In this document: one piece after another, positions 62,927 through 64,000 of the stretch
How the letters are laid out: each line of letters starts with the position of its first letter
Position numbering within the stretch: position 1 is the first letter of the stretch
Assembly: GCA_964016885.1 (NCBI GenBank)
Contig: OZ024740.1
Coordinates: 239,878,001 to 239,942,000 of the forward strand
Source of the DNA: Eledone cirrhosa
Taxonomy: Eukaryota
Reading direction: 5' to 3'
DNA: 64,000 bases
The notes under the pieces: generated by a model
The model's input: the letters and a program-made list of their open reading frames with translations, nothing else
What the model was told of the DNA's origin: nothing
Database searches by the model: none
Made by a program: the position numbers and the translations under genes

Positions 62927-63448
62927 GGTGTTTATATGAAACCATATATTATATTTTTACATATAATAAACATTAAACATAGAAGAGTCTCGCTATGAAT
63001 GTGTGATTCTGTCAAAACTGTCTCAGTAGCCGATGTAAATGCCAAAAAGCAGTTTCTGAGTTTTTATGTTATCGCTCATATTTACTGACTGAAACAAGAA
63101 TAAGCTGTTTTTTCTCCTGTATGAAACATAGGCTATTTTGTGATGTCCCAATGTGCACTAGAATGAAAGGTATCAACCTTAATGTATTGAAACAGTAGTG
63201 ATTTCCACAGATTGACTGAGAAGGGTCAGTCCGTCTTTCCGCTGTTTCTTTCATTGACTTTGTCCTGCGTGCCCCTATGTTTAATTCATACTCTAAAGAT
63301 TTAGTCAAGTGGGACATTTTGAAACTATATATACATATATATGACCTCAGCCGGATGGCTGAAACAAGTAAAAGAGTACAAGAGTATATATATATATATG
63401 TGTGTGTGTGTGTGCGTGCTTGTGTGTGTTTAATATACATATACACAA

Positions 63449-63541
<93 letters not shown>

Positions 63542-63563
63542 GGGAGATAGATAGATAGATAGA

Positions 63564-64000
63564 TTTCTTTATTTACCATAAAGGCATAAAAAGAAGGGAC
63601 AAATACAAAGGGGGAGTTTACATATAATCGAGTAAAAAGGGTGTAACATGAAAATAATCGAAAATAACCTCAAAAGGGAGGGGACGTGATGGGGGTTGCA
63701 CACACCCCCGAAAAAGTGTGCAATCCTTTGCCCGGGGAGCACATGGAGAAGGTGTTCCCCTCTCCTTTACTTCTTTACCTACAGGATGGTATACAGAGAA
63801 GGCCCATTTACACGAGCCATTCTCGCCACTATCACCCACCTTTCATAAAACTGCCTGTGGCCAAGCACCTCTCTCTCCATTCTTATCCTTCTTCCGAAGT
63901 GATATCGGAAGAAGTAGACCAGACTATGGCCAGAGAGGAAGTTGCCTGACCTCAGACCTTTCAATCGTGTCCACCAAACAACCTCTTTCAACATGGCTAT
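63564..64000 (-). mobile_element. 3' end of an (AGAT)n-associated Tx1 LINE; continues beyond the window
   Basis: ORF 63779-63994 KEVVWWTRLKGLRS...RVNGPSLYTIL; 3' UTR with AATAAAGAA followed by (ATCT)n. Confidence 0.88.

Noticed and set aside
63069-63330. Possible host exon (ORF 63069-63446)
   Set aside because: The ORF begins in microsatellite and shows no recognisable domain. It cannot be supported without RNA data.

Overview
This is a repeat-saturated animal genomic window, with no host gene I can support. The tRNA-derived SINE family and the microsatellite load suggest a cephalopod such as Octopus, but that is inference. Most of the window is nested or degenerate non-LTR retrotransposons. 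(1) Several Tx1/L1-clade LINE subfamilies sit in (AGAT)n or (TAT)n microsatellites, including a full-length but frameshifted copy at 49277-55125. (2) R4/Dong-type RT+RLE elements include a nearly intact 1080-aa ORF whose 3' 1.44 kb is triplicated. (3) There are also CRE-type fragments, a (TATG)n-tailed RTE-like non-autonomous family, and many SINEs. The most interesting signal is a set of three unrelated small non-coding inverted-repeat elements (575-750, 14981-15730, 16271-17258). Together they carry five type I hammerhead ribozyme motifs, one with the compensatory U3-A8 core. The two larger elements share the same head-to-head monomer/tandem architecture and an octamer plus TATA-like module at conserved spacing just upstream of the ribozyme, resembling retrozymes or Penelope pseudo-LTRs. 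A second candidate system is a consensus splice donor at the end of ORF1 in three Tx1 copies. In two of them, removing a 52-nt intron would fuse ORF1 and ORF2 in frame.
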